From the NCBI GenBank assembly GCA_040768745.1, contig JAXGMI010000001.1, forward strand, positions 512,001-576,000: 64,000 nucleotides of DNA, written 5' to 3'. A program made the position numbers and the translations under genes. Shown here one piece after another: positions 8,927-20,873 of the stretch. This stretch comes from Desulfomicrobium sp. (GTDB lineage: Bacteria > Desulfobacterota > Desulfovibrionia > Desulfovibrionales > Desulfomicrobiaceae). The number at the start of each line of letters is the position of its first letter. Positions within the stretch are counted from its first letter, which is position 1. The notes beneath the pieces were generated by a model. The model ran no database searches. It was given only the letters and a program-made list of their open reading frames with translations, and was not told the DNA's origin.

Positions 8927-9763
8927 ATGTCAATTTCCATTTTGCTTCTGATTTTATTTTCAGCATTATTGCATGCTTCCTGGAATATCATCGTCAAAAA
9001 TGGTGAAAACAAGCTGTTTGAAGCAGGATTGAACGCTCTTGGTGGCGGACTGGGAGCGATATGTATCGTTTTTTTTCTTCCGCCTCTTTCTCCGTCAGCA
9101 TGGCCTTACTTGGGTATATCCTGCCTCTGTCATCTCGCATATTATATTTGCATCGCAGAAGCATACAAAAAGGTTGACTTGTCTTTCGGATATACCATCA
9201 TGCGTGGCTGTGCGCCACTGCTGACATCCCTTGCCATGTTTTTTCTCGGATCTTCTCTGCGTCTGGGCGCATGGGTCGGCGTGGTTATCCTGTGTTGCGG
9301 CATTTTTTGCCTCGCTCGTGACAACATGCGGCGTGGTGCGGGATGGAGCGCCATCTTCATCTCTGTGCGGACTTCTTTCGTCATCATGGGCTACACCCTG
9401 GCAGATGGTCTGGGGGCCCAGCACAACGGCAATGCCGTAAGTTATGCGTGCTGGATTTTTGTACTCAACGTGTTTCCGCTGCATTTCTACATCCTTGCGC
9501 GGTCCGGGAAAAGTTATCTGCCTTATGTGCGCGGGCGGATCATCCCGGGGCTTTGCGGCGGACTGGCCGGGCTGGGGTCATACGGGATCGCCATTTGGGC
9601 CATGACGCGCGCTCCCATCGCTTTGGTGGCCGCCCTGCGCGAGACATCGGTCGTCTTCGGCATGCTGTTGGCGGTGCTCCTCCTGCACGAAAGATTCACC
9701 CTTTGGCGCGCAGCCGCTGTGACGCTGGTGGCTGGCGGGGCCATGCTTATCAAACTGGCCTGA
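8927..9763 (+). CDS. EamA/DMT-family transporter
   Basis: ALLHASWNIIVK, YTIMRG, YTLADG, AALRETSV motifs; about 10 TM segments. Confidence 0.88.
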   Translation: MSISILLLILFSALLHASWNIIVKNGENKLFEAGLNALGGGLGAICIVFFLPPLSPSAWPYLGISCLCHLAYYICIAEAYKKVDLSFGYTIMRGCAPLLTSLAMFFLGSSLRLGAWVGVVILCCGIFCLARDNMRRGAGWSAIFISVRTSFVIMGYTLADGLGAQHNGNAVSYACWIFVLNVFPLHFYILARSGKSYLPYVRGRIIPGLCGGLAGLGSYGIAIWAMTRAPIALVAALRETSVVFGMLLAVLLLHERFTLWRAAAVTLVAGGAMLIKLA

Positions 9764-9840
9764 GCTCTGAAAAGCAGCCCTGAAGCCCTCCCCGAAATCC
9801 GGACAGGCGTCACAGGAAACGGTGGCAGGGTCCATCCACC

Positions 9841-9875
9841 AAAAAAACAAGGGTCTGGATTTTACATCCAAACCC
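9841..9875 (-). terminator. Terminator downstream of tRNA-Ser
   Basis: Minus strand GGGTTTGGAT-GTAAA-ATCCAGACCC followed by TTGTTTTTTT. Confidence 0.75.
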
Positions 9876-9891
9876 ATGATTTTCAATGAAA

Positions 9892-9987
9892 TGGCGGAGA
9901 GGGTGGGATTTGAACCCACGTACGGATTATTAGTCCGTAACCCGATTTCGAGTCGGGCGCGTTACGACCGGACTTCGCTACCTCTCC
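9892..9987 (-). tRNA. tRNA-Ser(CGA)
   Basis: Acceptor GGAGAGG/CCTCTCC-G-CCA, anticodon arm CCCGA-CT-CGA-AA-TCGGG, long variable arm, T-loop GGTTCAAATCC. Confidence 0.96.
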
Positions 9988-10511
9988 GCGAGGTTTTTTG
10001 AAATTTTCTTTTCCTGGCGCCGGCGCTGGAAAAAGCCGCTCAGCATCGCGCTGCACTCCTCTTCCAAAACCCCGCCCAGAGTCCAGAAGTGGTGGTTGCT
10101 CCAGGGAACCCTGGATCCGTCCATGCGACTGACCAGACATCCGGCCTTGGGGTCCGTGGCGGCGAACACAACTCCGGCCAGCCTGGCCTGAATGACCGCG
10201 CCCAGGCACATGATGCAGGGCTCCAGGGTGACCACCAGTACCGCCTGGGTCAGGCGGTAATTCCCGATCCTGGAACTGGCTTCCCTCAGGGCCAGGATCT
10301 CGGCGTGGGCCGTGGGGTCGTTTCTGAAAATCGTCCGGTTCTCGCCCTGCCCCAGAATGCGGCCACACTCATCGACCACCACCGCGCCCACGGGCACATC
10401 ACCCCGTTCCTCGGCCAGCACAGCCAGCTGCAGGGCCTCGTGCATGTACGGTTCCCACATGGGCCAGTCCTCGGGGGCCGGCGGCTGGGAGACGGCAACG
10501 TAGAAACTCAT
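9978..10511 (-). CDS. tadA: tRNA adenosine(34) deaminase
   Basis: VPVGAV, DPTAHAE, TLEPCIMC, DPKAG, NHH motifs. Confidence 0.93.
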   Translation of the reverse strand: MSFYVAVSQPPAPEDWPMWEPYMHEALQLAVLAEERGDVPVGAVVVDECGRILGQGENRTIFRNDPTAHAEILALREASSRIGNYRLTQAVLVVTLEPCIMCLGAVIQARLAGVVFAATDPKAGCLVSRMDGSRVPWSNHHFWTLGGVLEEECSAMLSGFFQRRRQEKKISKNLAER

Positions 10512-10572
10512 GGCGTTGCTGTCAATGCCCTTTGCTCTTCTTCCCCATCGCGATCGCCCCTTGCCACGCAGG

Positions 10573-11382
10573 TCATCTCGTTTTCAGGTAATCTATGCCG
10601 CCCTTGAACAGGGCCGTGCCCAGCGTGGAGGTTTCCCCCCTGGTCCAGCGCGGGTGATTGGTTGGATGGTTGTAGGCTTCCGGATGGGGCATGAGGCCCA
10701 GAATCCGTCCCGAGGGATCGGTCAGCCCCGCGATGCCCAGAGGCGAGCCGTTGGGGTTGGCCGGATAGGCATGGGTCACTTCCAGGGTCCCGGGGTCCAC
10801 GTACTGCAGGGCGATGAGGTTCTGCTCCTGCATCCGGACCAGGGTGGCTTGGTCCGCGGGCACGAGCTTGCCTTCGCCATGGCGGACCGGAACGTAAAGA
10901 TAGTCGAGCCCCCTGGTGAACACACACGGGGAATTCCGGTTGATCTTCAGAGTCACCCAACGGTCTTCGTACTTGGCCGAGTCATTGTGGCTCAATGACA
11001 CCTGCCGGGTGAAATACTGGCCGTCCAGAGCCGGCAGAAGCCCCAGCTTGACCAGAAGCTGAAACCCGTTGCAGATGCCCAGGACGATGCTGCCCGCATC
11101 CAGAAAGGCGCGCAGTTCCTCCATGAGGGACGTGCCGCTTTTGGTGCGCATGTGCCTCCAGCGCAAGGCAGCCGCCTGGGCCGAACCCAGGTCATCACCA
11201 TCCAGAAAACCGCCGGGCAGGATCAAAAAATTATACTCACCAAGCCGGACCTTGTCCGCAGTCAGGTCCGAGAAATAGGCGACGGTGGTCAGGTCCGAAC
11301 CGGCCTGGTCGGCCGCAAAAGCGCACTCCCGTTCGCAATTCGTACCGTATCCGGTGATCACCAGTGTCTTGACCTGCGCCAT
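10573..11382 (-). CDS. purQ: Phosphoribosylformylglycinamidine synthase subunit PurQ
   Basis: GYGTNCE, PGGFLDGD, GICNGFQ, HGEG, NPNGS, GLMPHPE. Confidence 0.93.
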   Translation of the reverse strand: MAQVKTLVITGYGTNCERECAFAADQAGSDLTTVAYFSDLTADKVRLGEYNFLILPGGFLDGDDLGSAQAAALRWRHMRTKSGTSLMEELRAFLDAGSIVLGICNGFQLLVKLGLLPALDGQYFTRQVSLSHNDSAKYEDRWVTLKINRNSPCVFTRGLDYLYVPVRHGEGKLVPADQATLVRMQEQNLIALQYVDPGTLEVTHAYPANPNGSPLGIAGLTDPSGRILGLMPHPEAYNHPTNHPRWTRGETSTLGTALFKGGIDYLKTR

Positions 11383-11552
11383 CATCCCTCCAAAAAACGT
11401 CCGTTGCCGCCCGATATGTTGAATACCAGAGCCCATTACAGGCCAAGCAGGGCCGGCGCAAGCCTGAAATTGCCCTCATCAAGCGCTTTGCACTCCGTTC
11501 TCATTCTGGTATGTTCCCCTGCGGCATGTGCAGGAACACCAGGGCCGCTTGA

Positions 11553-14144
<2,592 letters not shown>

Positions 14145-14155
<11 letters not shown>

Positions 14156-14669
14156 AACGGCTGCCCGGGATATCCGCCTGGTAGTCCTGGATGTAGATGG
14201 CGTGCTGACCGATGGCGGCCTCTACTATGACCTCTCGGGCTGCGCCATAAAACGCTTCAATGTCCAGGACGGGCTGGGAATCAAGATGGCCGCAGCCCTT
14301 GGCCTGGAGTTCGCCGTGATCACCGGCCTGGAGTCCCCGGCTGTGCGCCGGAGGATCACGGAACTGGGCATCCGGCACTATTATGCTGGACATCACCGCA
14401 AGATCCCGCTTCTGGTTGATATCGCCGAAAAAACGGGCATTCCCTTCGCGCACATGGCCTATGTCGGCGACGATTGGGTCGATGCCGCGCCCATGTCCAA
14501 GGTGGGTCTGCCCATCGCCGTGTCCAATGCCCGGCCTGAGATCCAACGTCTGGCCGCATGGACCACACAGGCCCAGGGTGGCCACGGCGCTGTTCGGGAA
14601 GCCATCGAATTCATCCTCCGGGCCCAGGACAAACTTGAAACCCTGTGGCAGGAATGGCTGCACGCATGA
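14145..14669 (+). CDS. kdsC: KDO-8-phosphate phosphatase (HAD)
   Basis: [21 protein letters not shown]. Confidence 0.94.
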
Positions 14670-15202
14670 AGCGCGTCGTGGTCCTGCTGGCCGCCCTCGG
14701 CCTCATGGCCGGGGCCCTTGTCCTGGGGAAATACGTGCTTTGGCCCGAGCAGCCGGACAAGAACATCACGGAAAATTTGGATGTGGACCTGAGTCTCCAC
14801 GGCGTGAGATTGAGCCAGGGCCGGGACGGCAGAAAAACCTGGGACCTGGAGGCTGCGGGAGCCAGCTACGCCGAGGCCGGGGACGAACTGATCCTGACCG
14901 ACCCGCTCATTACGTATTGGGGGGAAAGCGATGGCGCCCCCATCCGGGTCATGGCCCCCAAGGGGCAAGTCTGGCAGAAAAAAGACCGGGCGCGGATGTG
15001 GGAAGGCGTGAACGCCAGCCAAGGCGATTACCAGATGCGGGCGCATTTCCTGGACTACGAGGGTCAGAACCGCACCCTGGTCCTCACCGGCGAGGTGGAA
15101 ATCCAGGGCAAAACCATGCAGGGCCGTACAGACCTTTTGACCTACTTCCTGCATTCCGGCGACTTTCTGGCTCAGGGCAATGTCCGGGTCACCTTAAACT
15201 GA
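14666..15202 (+). CDS. lptC: LPS export protein LptC
   Basis: N-terminal TM then beta-jellyroll-like domain; position between kdsC and lptA. Confidence 0.85.
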   Translation: MKRVVVLLAALGLMAGALVLGKYVLWPEQPDKNITENLDVDLSLHGVRLSQGRDGRKTWDLEAAGASYAEAGDELILTDPLITYWGESDGAPIRVMAPKGQVWQKKDRARMWEGVNASQGDYQMRAHFLDYEGQNRTLVLTGEVEIQGKTMQGRTDLLTYFLHSGDFLAQGNVRVTLN

Positions 15203-15215
15203 CACGAAGGTATTC

Positions 15216-15728
15216 ATGCGTTCTTTTCTTCTTTTCGTCCTTCTTGCCGCAGCCATCCCGGCTTGGGGAGCCCAGTCCATCCCGGTCAAGATCACATCTG
15301 ATGCCATGGAATATTCCCAGAAAGCAGACCAGGTGGTCTTTACCGGCAACGTCCATGTCGTCCGGGACAACATGGAGATGTGGTCCGAGACCCTGACCGT
15401 CCTGCTGGAACGGCAGAAAAACACAGGCAACGCCACTGCTCCCATCACGGACCAGCAGGGCTCCATCAAGAAAATCATCGCCCAGGGCAATGTCCGTCTC
15501 AAGTCCGAGAACGACCGGTCCGGCACCTGTGGCAAGGCTACGTACGACGCCAAAGCCGACCTGCTGACCCTGGAGGACAATCCCGTGCTCATGGAAGGGC
15601 GGAACAAAATCCAGGGCGAGATCATCAAGCTGTACGTCAACGAAAACCGCAGCGAGGTGATCGGAGGCAAGAAGCGGGTGGAAGCCATTTTCATCACCCC
15701 CGCCGGCAAGGGGGGACTCGGACAGTGA
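15216..15728 (+). CDS. lptA: LPS export periplasmic protein LptA
   Basis: Signal peptide, VKITSD, FTGNV, GNVR; synteny. Confidence 0.9.
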   Translation: MRSFLLFVLLAAAIPAWGAQSIPVKITSDAMEYSQKADQVVFTGNVHVVRDNMEMWSETLTVLLERQKNTGNATAPITDQQGSIKKIIAQGNVRLKSENDRSGTCGKATYDAKADLLTLEDNPVLMEGRNKIQGEIIKLYVNENRSEVIGGKKRVEAIFITPAGKGGLGQ

Positions 15729-16447
15729 TCAGCCTGACCGGTCAGGGACTGGCCAAGCGGTACGGAACCCGTGACGTTGTCCACGACATCGATCTCAAGG
15801 TCCTCCAGGGGGAAGTGGTCGGGGTGCTTGGCCCCAACGGGGCTGGCAAGACCACGACGTTCTACATGCTGGCCGGCATCATCAAGCCGACCCGGGGGAC
15901 GGTCCATCTGGATCAGACGGACATCACGGACTGGCCCCTGCACAGGCGCGCCCGGCAAGGCATGAGTTACCTGCCCCAGGAAAGTTCGATCTTCCGCAAA
16001 TTGTCCGTGCGCCAGAACCTGGAGCTCATTCTTGAATATTCGGGTCAATCCAAAAAGGCCCAGCGCGAGACAGCGGACCGCCTCCTGGAGGAACTGGGCA
16101 TCCGCCGCCTGGAAAGTCAGCTGGCCGCATATCTTTCAGGTGGAGAGCGCCGGAGGCTTGAAATTGCCCGGGCCTTGATCCAGGACCCGAAATTCATTCT
16201 CCTGGATGAACCCTTTGCCGGCATCGACCCCCTGGCCGTGGACGATATCCAGGGCATCATTCAGAACTTGCGCTCCAAGGGAATTGGCGTGCTCATTTCC
16301 GACCATAACGTCCGCGAAACACTGCAGATCTGCGACCGGGCCTATCTGGTGTACGACGGTCGCATCATTCTCAGCGGCAGCCCGACCCAGATCGTCGCCG
16401 ACCCGAAAGCACGCAAGGTCTACCTGGGGGAGGGTTTCAGCCTGTAG
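15725..16447 (+). CDS. lptB: LPS export ABC ATPase LptB
   Basis: GPNGAGKTT, YLPQESSIF, LSGGERRR, LDEPFAGIDP, DHNVRETL; GTGA overlap. Confidence 0.97.
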   Translation: MISLTGQGLAKRYGTRDVVHDIDLKVLQGEVVGVLGPNGAGKTTTFYMLAGIIKPTRGTVHLDQTDITDWPLHRRARQGMSYLPQESSIFRKLSVRQNLELILEYSGQSKKAQRETADRLLEELGIRRLESQLAAYLSGGERRRLEIARALIQDPKFILLDEPFAGIDPLAVDDIQGIIQNLRSKGIGVLISDHNVRETLQICDRAYLVYDGRIILSGSPTQIVADPKARKVYLGEGFSL

Positions 16448-16552
16448 GGGTATATCTCCAAGGATTGCCAGCCCCTGGGATCTGTGGCAGGTTTCTTTCC
16501 GGCATCTCGCCCCGTTTCACCTTGTACGCCATCGCAGGATCATTACGAATTT

Positions 16553-17983
16553 ATGGGCCTCGAACTCCGACAAAACCTCAAACTGACGCAGCAGCTGGTC
16601 ATGACACCGCAGCTGCAGCAGGCCATCAAGTTGCTGCAGCTGTCCCGCTTCGAACTGCTCGAAGCCGTGCAGCAGGAAATGTTGGAAAACCCCATGCTGG
16701 AAGAAGCCCCCAAGGATGTCTCCGAGGAGTCGGAGACGCCTGTGCAGACCGACGATCATCGTCCTGACGTGGCCTACGACGACGCGGACCTGATGCGCAA
16801 TGCGGACTGGGAAAACTATCTGGGCGATTTTTCGAGTACCTCCAAGCAAGTCCAGTACAAGGAGACCGAAGCCCTGGAAGAAATGATGTCCTACGAGGCC
16901 AGACTGGCCGGAAAGCCGTCTCTGGAAGGACATCTCCTGTGGCAGCTCTGCCTGTCCAACATCACGGACGAGGAGGAAATGATCGGGGAAATGATCATCG
17001 GAAACCTCGATTCCCAGGGCTATCTGACCACCACCGTGGAAGCCATCGCCTCGGAATCGCTGAGCCCCAAGAGTCAAGTCGAATCGGTACTGCGGCTCAT
17101 CCAGCGCTTCGACCCTGTGGGCGTGGCGGCCCGTTCTCCCAGGGAATGCCTGCTCATCCAGCTGGAAATGCTCGGGCAGGACGACCCGATTCTCCTGTCC
17201 CTGGTGGACGAACATCTGGAGGATATCGAAAAGCGGCGCTACAAGCCCCTTCTGCGCAAGTTCAAGATCCTGATGGAAGATCTGAAGGCCTACCTGGACA
17301 TCATCCAGTCCCTGGACCCCATGCCCGGAGCGAGTTACGGGAGCGAGAGCACGGTCTATGTCAGCCCCGACGTCTTTGTGTATGAATACGAGGGAGATTT
17401 CGTCATTGTCATGAACGATGACGGGCTGCCCAAACTCCAGCTCAGCCCCTACTACATGGACGACATGAGCCTCTCGGTCAAAGGCCCGGACCGGGAATAC
17501 CTGCACGATAAAATGCGTTCGGCCATGTGGCTCATGAAGAGCTTGCACCAAAGGCAAAGAACTCTGTATAAAGTGGTCGAAAGCATTGTCCGATTCCAGC
17601 GCGGCTTTTTTGAACACGGCGTGACCAAACTCAAACCGCTCATTCTCAAGGATGTGGCCGATGACATCGAGATGCACGAGTCCACAGTCAGCCGCATCAC
17701 GACCAACAAGTACGTGGCCACGCCGCATGGGATTTTCGAACTGAAATTTTTCTTCAACTCCGCGTTGGAGCTGGACGACGGCACCCAGGTGGGCTCGGAA
17801 TCGGTCAAGGCCATCATCAAGAAGATGGTCAGCGAGGAGGATCCCAAGAAACCCTACAGCGATGAAAAAATCGCCGCGGTGCTGAAGGAAAAACTGGATG
17901 TGAACATCGCGCGCAGGACCGTGGCCAAATACCGGGCTGTGCTGGGCATCGACTCCTCATCCAAACGCAAGCAGGTTTTTTGA
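16553..17983 (+). CDS. rpoN: RNA polymerase sigma-54 factor
   Basis: MTPQLQQAIKLLQL, HESTVSR, RpoN box ARRTVAKYR. Confidence 0.98.
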   Translation: MGLELRQNLKLTQQLVMTPQLQQAIKLLQLSRFELLEAVQQEMLENPMLEEAPKDVSEESETPVQTDDHRPDVAYDDADLMRNADWENYLGDFSSTSKQVQYKETEALEEMMSYEARLAGKPSLEGHLLWQLCLSNITDEEEMIGEMIIGNLDSQGYLTTTVEAIASESLSPKSQVESVLRLIQRFDPVGVAARSPRECLLIQLEMLGQDDPILLSLVDEHLEDIEKRRYKPLLRKFKILMEDLKAYLDIIQSLDPMPGASYGSESTVYVSPDVFVYEYEGDFVIVMNDDGLPKLQLSPYYMDDMSLSVKGPDREYLHDKMRSAMWLMKSLHQRQRTLYKVVESIVRFQRGFFEHGVTKLKPLILKDVADDIEMHESTVSRITTNKYVATPHGIFELKFFFNSALELDDGTQVGSESVKAIIKKMVSEEDPKKPYSDEKIAAVLKEKLDVNIARRTVAKYRAVLGIDSSSKRKQVF

Positions 17984-18054
17984 CACCCCGCCCCTCCGCC
18001 ACTGGGCGAGCCAAGGCGGATCAGGGCTGACCAACAACTCACGAGGAGGCTTCC

Positions 18055-18597
18055 ATGAGGATTACCTTCAACTTCAAAAACTTCGACCCCTCTGACCATT
18101 TGCGGAAGTACGCCAGGGACCGGTTCGGAAAGCTGGCTAAATTCATGCCCGGGGCCGAGAACACCGAACTCCAGGTCAACCTCGAAGTGGAAAAGTTCCG
18201 GCATATCGCCGATATCGTACTGACTGGCAAAAACCTCCACATCTCTGCCCGGGAAGACAGCGAGGACATGTACTCCACCGTGGATATGGTCTGGGACAAA
18301 CTTGAAGCCCAGATGCGCAAACTGCGGGACAAAGACAAGACCAAGAGACGGGGCATGGGTGAAACCGTGCGCATGGACATCCTCACCTTTGAAGAAGACA
18401 AGGCCGGCAGGCGCAGGCCCAATATCGAAAAGACCGACCATTTTGAGCCCAAGCCCATGGTCGTCGAGGAAGCGGCCATGCAGCTGGGCAACACGGATAA
18501 CGAGTTCCTGGTCTTCCTGAACGCTGAAAATGAGCGGGTCAATGTCATCTATCGCCGCAAAACTGGCGACTTCGGCCTGATCGATCCCGGGGTGTAA
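18055..18597 (+). CDS. hpf: Ribosome hibernation promoting factor (long HPF/RaiA)
   Basis: DMYSTVD..LEAQ and KPMVVEEA..VIYRRK..GLI; follows rpoN. Confidence 0.92.
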   Translation: MRITFNFKNFDPSDHLRKYARDRFGKLAKFMPGAENTELQVNLEVEKFRHIADIVLTGKNLHISAREDSEDMYSTVDMVWDKLEAQMRKLRDKDKTKRRGMGETVRMDILTFEEDKAGRRRPNIEKTDHFEPKPMVVEEAAMQLGNTDNEFLVFLNAENERVNVIYRRKTGDFGLIDPGV

Positions 18598-18600
18598 GGG

Positions 18601-19050
18601 ATGAGGCTCGCGGATTATCTGGACAAGGATCTGATCATTTCCGACCTGTCGGCCAGGACCAAATCCGAGGTCCTGGCCGAACTCGTTTCCGTCCTGGCCG
18701 TCAAATATCCTGATCTCGACCTCAGGCATGTGACCGAAATCCTCATGGACAGGGAGAAACTCGGAACCACGGGCATTGGCAACGGGGTTGCCATCCCCCA
18801 CGGCAAAATGGACAGCATCAAGAACGTCTTGATCATTGTCGGCCGCAGCCACCAGGGCGTGGATTTCGCCAGTCTCGATCACCGTCCAGCCAACATTTTC
18901 TTCACTGTCCTGGCCCCGTCCAGCGTTGTTGGCCTGCATCTCAAACTGCTCGCCAGCGTGTCCCGCTTGCTCAAGGACGACACGTTCCGCCGCAACTTCA
19001 TCACCTCCGTGGGTAAGGACGGATTGTGGGAGCTGTTGCAGGAAGTCTAG
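18601..19050 (+). CDS. ptsN: PTS EIIA (Ntr type)
   Basis: REKLGTTGIGNGVAIPHG. Confidence 0.92.
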   Translation: MRLADYLDKDLIISDLSARTKSEVLAELVSVLAVKYPDLDLRHVTEILMDREKLGTTGIGNGVAIPHGKMDSIKNVLIIVGRSHQGVDFASLDHRPANIFFTVLAPSSVVGLHLKLLASVSRLLKDDTFRRNFITSVGKDGLWELLQEV

Positions 19051-19072
19051 CTCCAGGGGATTGGAGAAATCC

Positions 19073-19954
19073 ATGCATACTGAACAGAAAAATGTGGTCG
19101 TCGTGTCCGGCATGTCCGGATCGGGCAAAAGCACGGCCTTGAACGTCTTTGAGGACCTGGGTTTTTTGTGCGTGGATGGGCTGCCGGCTCGTATGGCGCC
19201 GGCTCTCATTGACCTCTTCCTCAGTTCCAGAAGTGGAGAGCAGTCGGGCCTGGCCATGGGTATGGACCTTCGCCAACCTGATTTTGCCGGGCAATGGCAG
19301 CAGGCCTTGCGAGACATCCACAAATTTTCTCTCCGCCCTACGGTTGTCTTTGTGGACGCATCAAGCCAGGTTCTGTTGCGCCGCTACGCCACAACCCGCC
19401 GCCCCCATCCTCTGGCCACCGGCGGCCTCGGGCTGGAACAGGCCGTGGAGCGGGAGCGGCAAATCCTGGATCCCATACGCAATCTGGCTGATGTGGTCAT
19501 CGACACCACGCACTATTCAGTCCATGACCTGCGCAGGATCATCCAGGACAAATGGGTCGGTCTGTCCTCCCACGCCCAGGGCATGCGCGTGCACCTCATC
19601 TCGTTCGGCTTCAAATACGGCGCCCCGGCCGAAGCGGACATGATCACCGATCTCCGCTTTCTGCCCAACCCCTATTTTGATGAAGCACTGCGCCCCCTGT
19701 CCGGGAAAGACAACGTCATTGGGCAGTACGTGTTGGGCGGGGATCCAGGGAGGGAATACGTCCGGCGGTTTCTCGAATTTCTGGATTTCACCCTGCCCCT
19801 GTACGCCGCCGAAGGCCGCTACCGCCTGACCATGGCCTTTGGCTGCACCGGCGGCAGGCACAGGTCCGTGGCCATGACCGAGGCGGTCCTTGCCCATCTG
19901 CGTAAGGGGAATTATTCAGTAACTGTGGAACATCGTCACTTGAGTTTAGGTTGA
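19073..19954 (+). CDS. rapZ: RNase adapter RapZ
   Basis: SGMSGSGKS, SFGFKYG, DLRFLPNP, GCTGGRHRSV. Confidence 0.96.
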   Translation: MHTEQKNVVVVSGMSGSGKSTALNVFEDLGFLCVDGLPARMAPALIDLFLSSRSGEQSGLAMGMDLRQPDFAGQWQQALRDIHKFSLRPTVVFVDASSQVLLRRYATTRRPHPLATGGLGLEQAVERERQILDPIRNLADVVIDTTHYSVHDLRRIIQDKWVGLSSHAQGMRVHLISFGFKYGAPAEADMITDLRFLPNPYFDEALRPLSGKDNVIGQYVLGGDPGREYVRRFLEFLDFTLPLYAAEGRYRLTMAFGCTGGRHRSVAMTEAVLAHLRKGNYSVTVEHRHLSLG

Positions 19955-19965
19955 TGTACGGAGGA

Positions 19966-20379
19966 ATGATGGTTGGTGTGATCGTGGTGACTCATGGCCA
20001 GTTCGGCAAACATTTGCTGGAAGCGGCGCAGATCATTCTGGGCCCGCAGGAGCAATGCGCCCATATCGCCGTGGAGGGCACCGTGGAAATGAGCGGACTT
20101 CTTGCAGACTTGAAAAACACAGTCAAACGCATGGAGACCGGCGAAGGCGTGCTCATCCTGACCGACATGTTCGGCGGCACCCCTTCCAACATCAGTCTTT
20201 CCCTTCTGCAACCCGGCAAAGTTGACGTCCTGACCGGGGCCAACCTGCCCATGTTGCTCCGCATCCTGGGTTCGCGCAACAAAAGCCTGAATGAACTGGC
20301 CCAGGAAGCCAAAAACGCAGCCATCCAGGGCATTGTCGTGGCGGGCGAGGTTCTGTCCCGGAAAATAACCGAGGTCTGA
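19966..20379 (+). CDS. PTS mannose-family EIIA
   Basis: VVTHG, LTDMFGGTPSN, GANLPM. Confidence 0.92.
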   Translation: MMVGVIVVTHGQFGKHLLEAAQIILGPQEQCAHIAVEGTVEMSGLLADLKNTVKRMETGEGVLILTDMFGGTPSNISLSLLQPGKVDVLTGANLPMLLRILGSRNKSLNELAQEAKNAAIQGIVVAGEVLSRKITEV

Positions 20380-20383
20380 AGCC

Positions 20384-20848
20384 GTGCAATGGTTCCGCAT
20401 TGACAACCGCCTGGTTCATGGCCAGGTCATTGAGGCATGGCTTCCCCATGTCCGGGCCAAGACTTTGGTTGTGGCCAACGACGATCTCGCTGCAGATGAA
20501 CTGCGCCAGGAAATCATGAGCTTGGCTGTGCCCAGCGGCGTCACATTCCTGTGCTGTCCCCTGCAAAACGTCGCCGCGGAGCTTGAACGCCTGCAGACGG
20601 AAGACCCTGGCCAGCACATGCTCGTCCTTTTCGCCACCTGCGCAGACGCCCGCGCAGCCCACCACGCAGGTGTGGCTTTTTCCGTGGTCAACATCGGCAA
20701 TTTGCACTATGGTCCTGGCAAGGAGCAGATTTGCGAATACATCGCCCTGGGCCCAGACGATCGGGCCTGTCTCAAGTATTTCAGCGACCACGGGGTTGAA
20801 CTCGATTTTCGCTGCGTCCCCTCGGCCACGGCCAGGATACATCTATGA
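20384..20848 (+). CDS. PTS mannose/sorbose-family EIIB
   Basis: RIDNRLVHGQV, VNIGNL. Confidence 0.92.
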   Translation: MQWFRIDNRLVHGQVIEAWLPHVRAKTLVVANDDLAADELRQEIMSLAVPSGVTFLCCPLQNVAAELERLQTEDPGQHMLVLFATCADARAAHHAGVAFSVVNIGNLHYGPGKEQICEYIALGPDDRACLKYFSDHGVELDFRCVPSATARIHL

Positions 20849-20873
20849 TCAATCACCAGAGCGTTTCCCGTCC

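Noticed and set aside
8818..9012. 64-aa ORF across the AT-rich spacer
   Set aside because: It overlaps eamA antisense and has low-complexity I/K/N/Y composition typical of non-coding AT-rich DNA.
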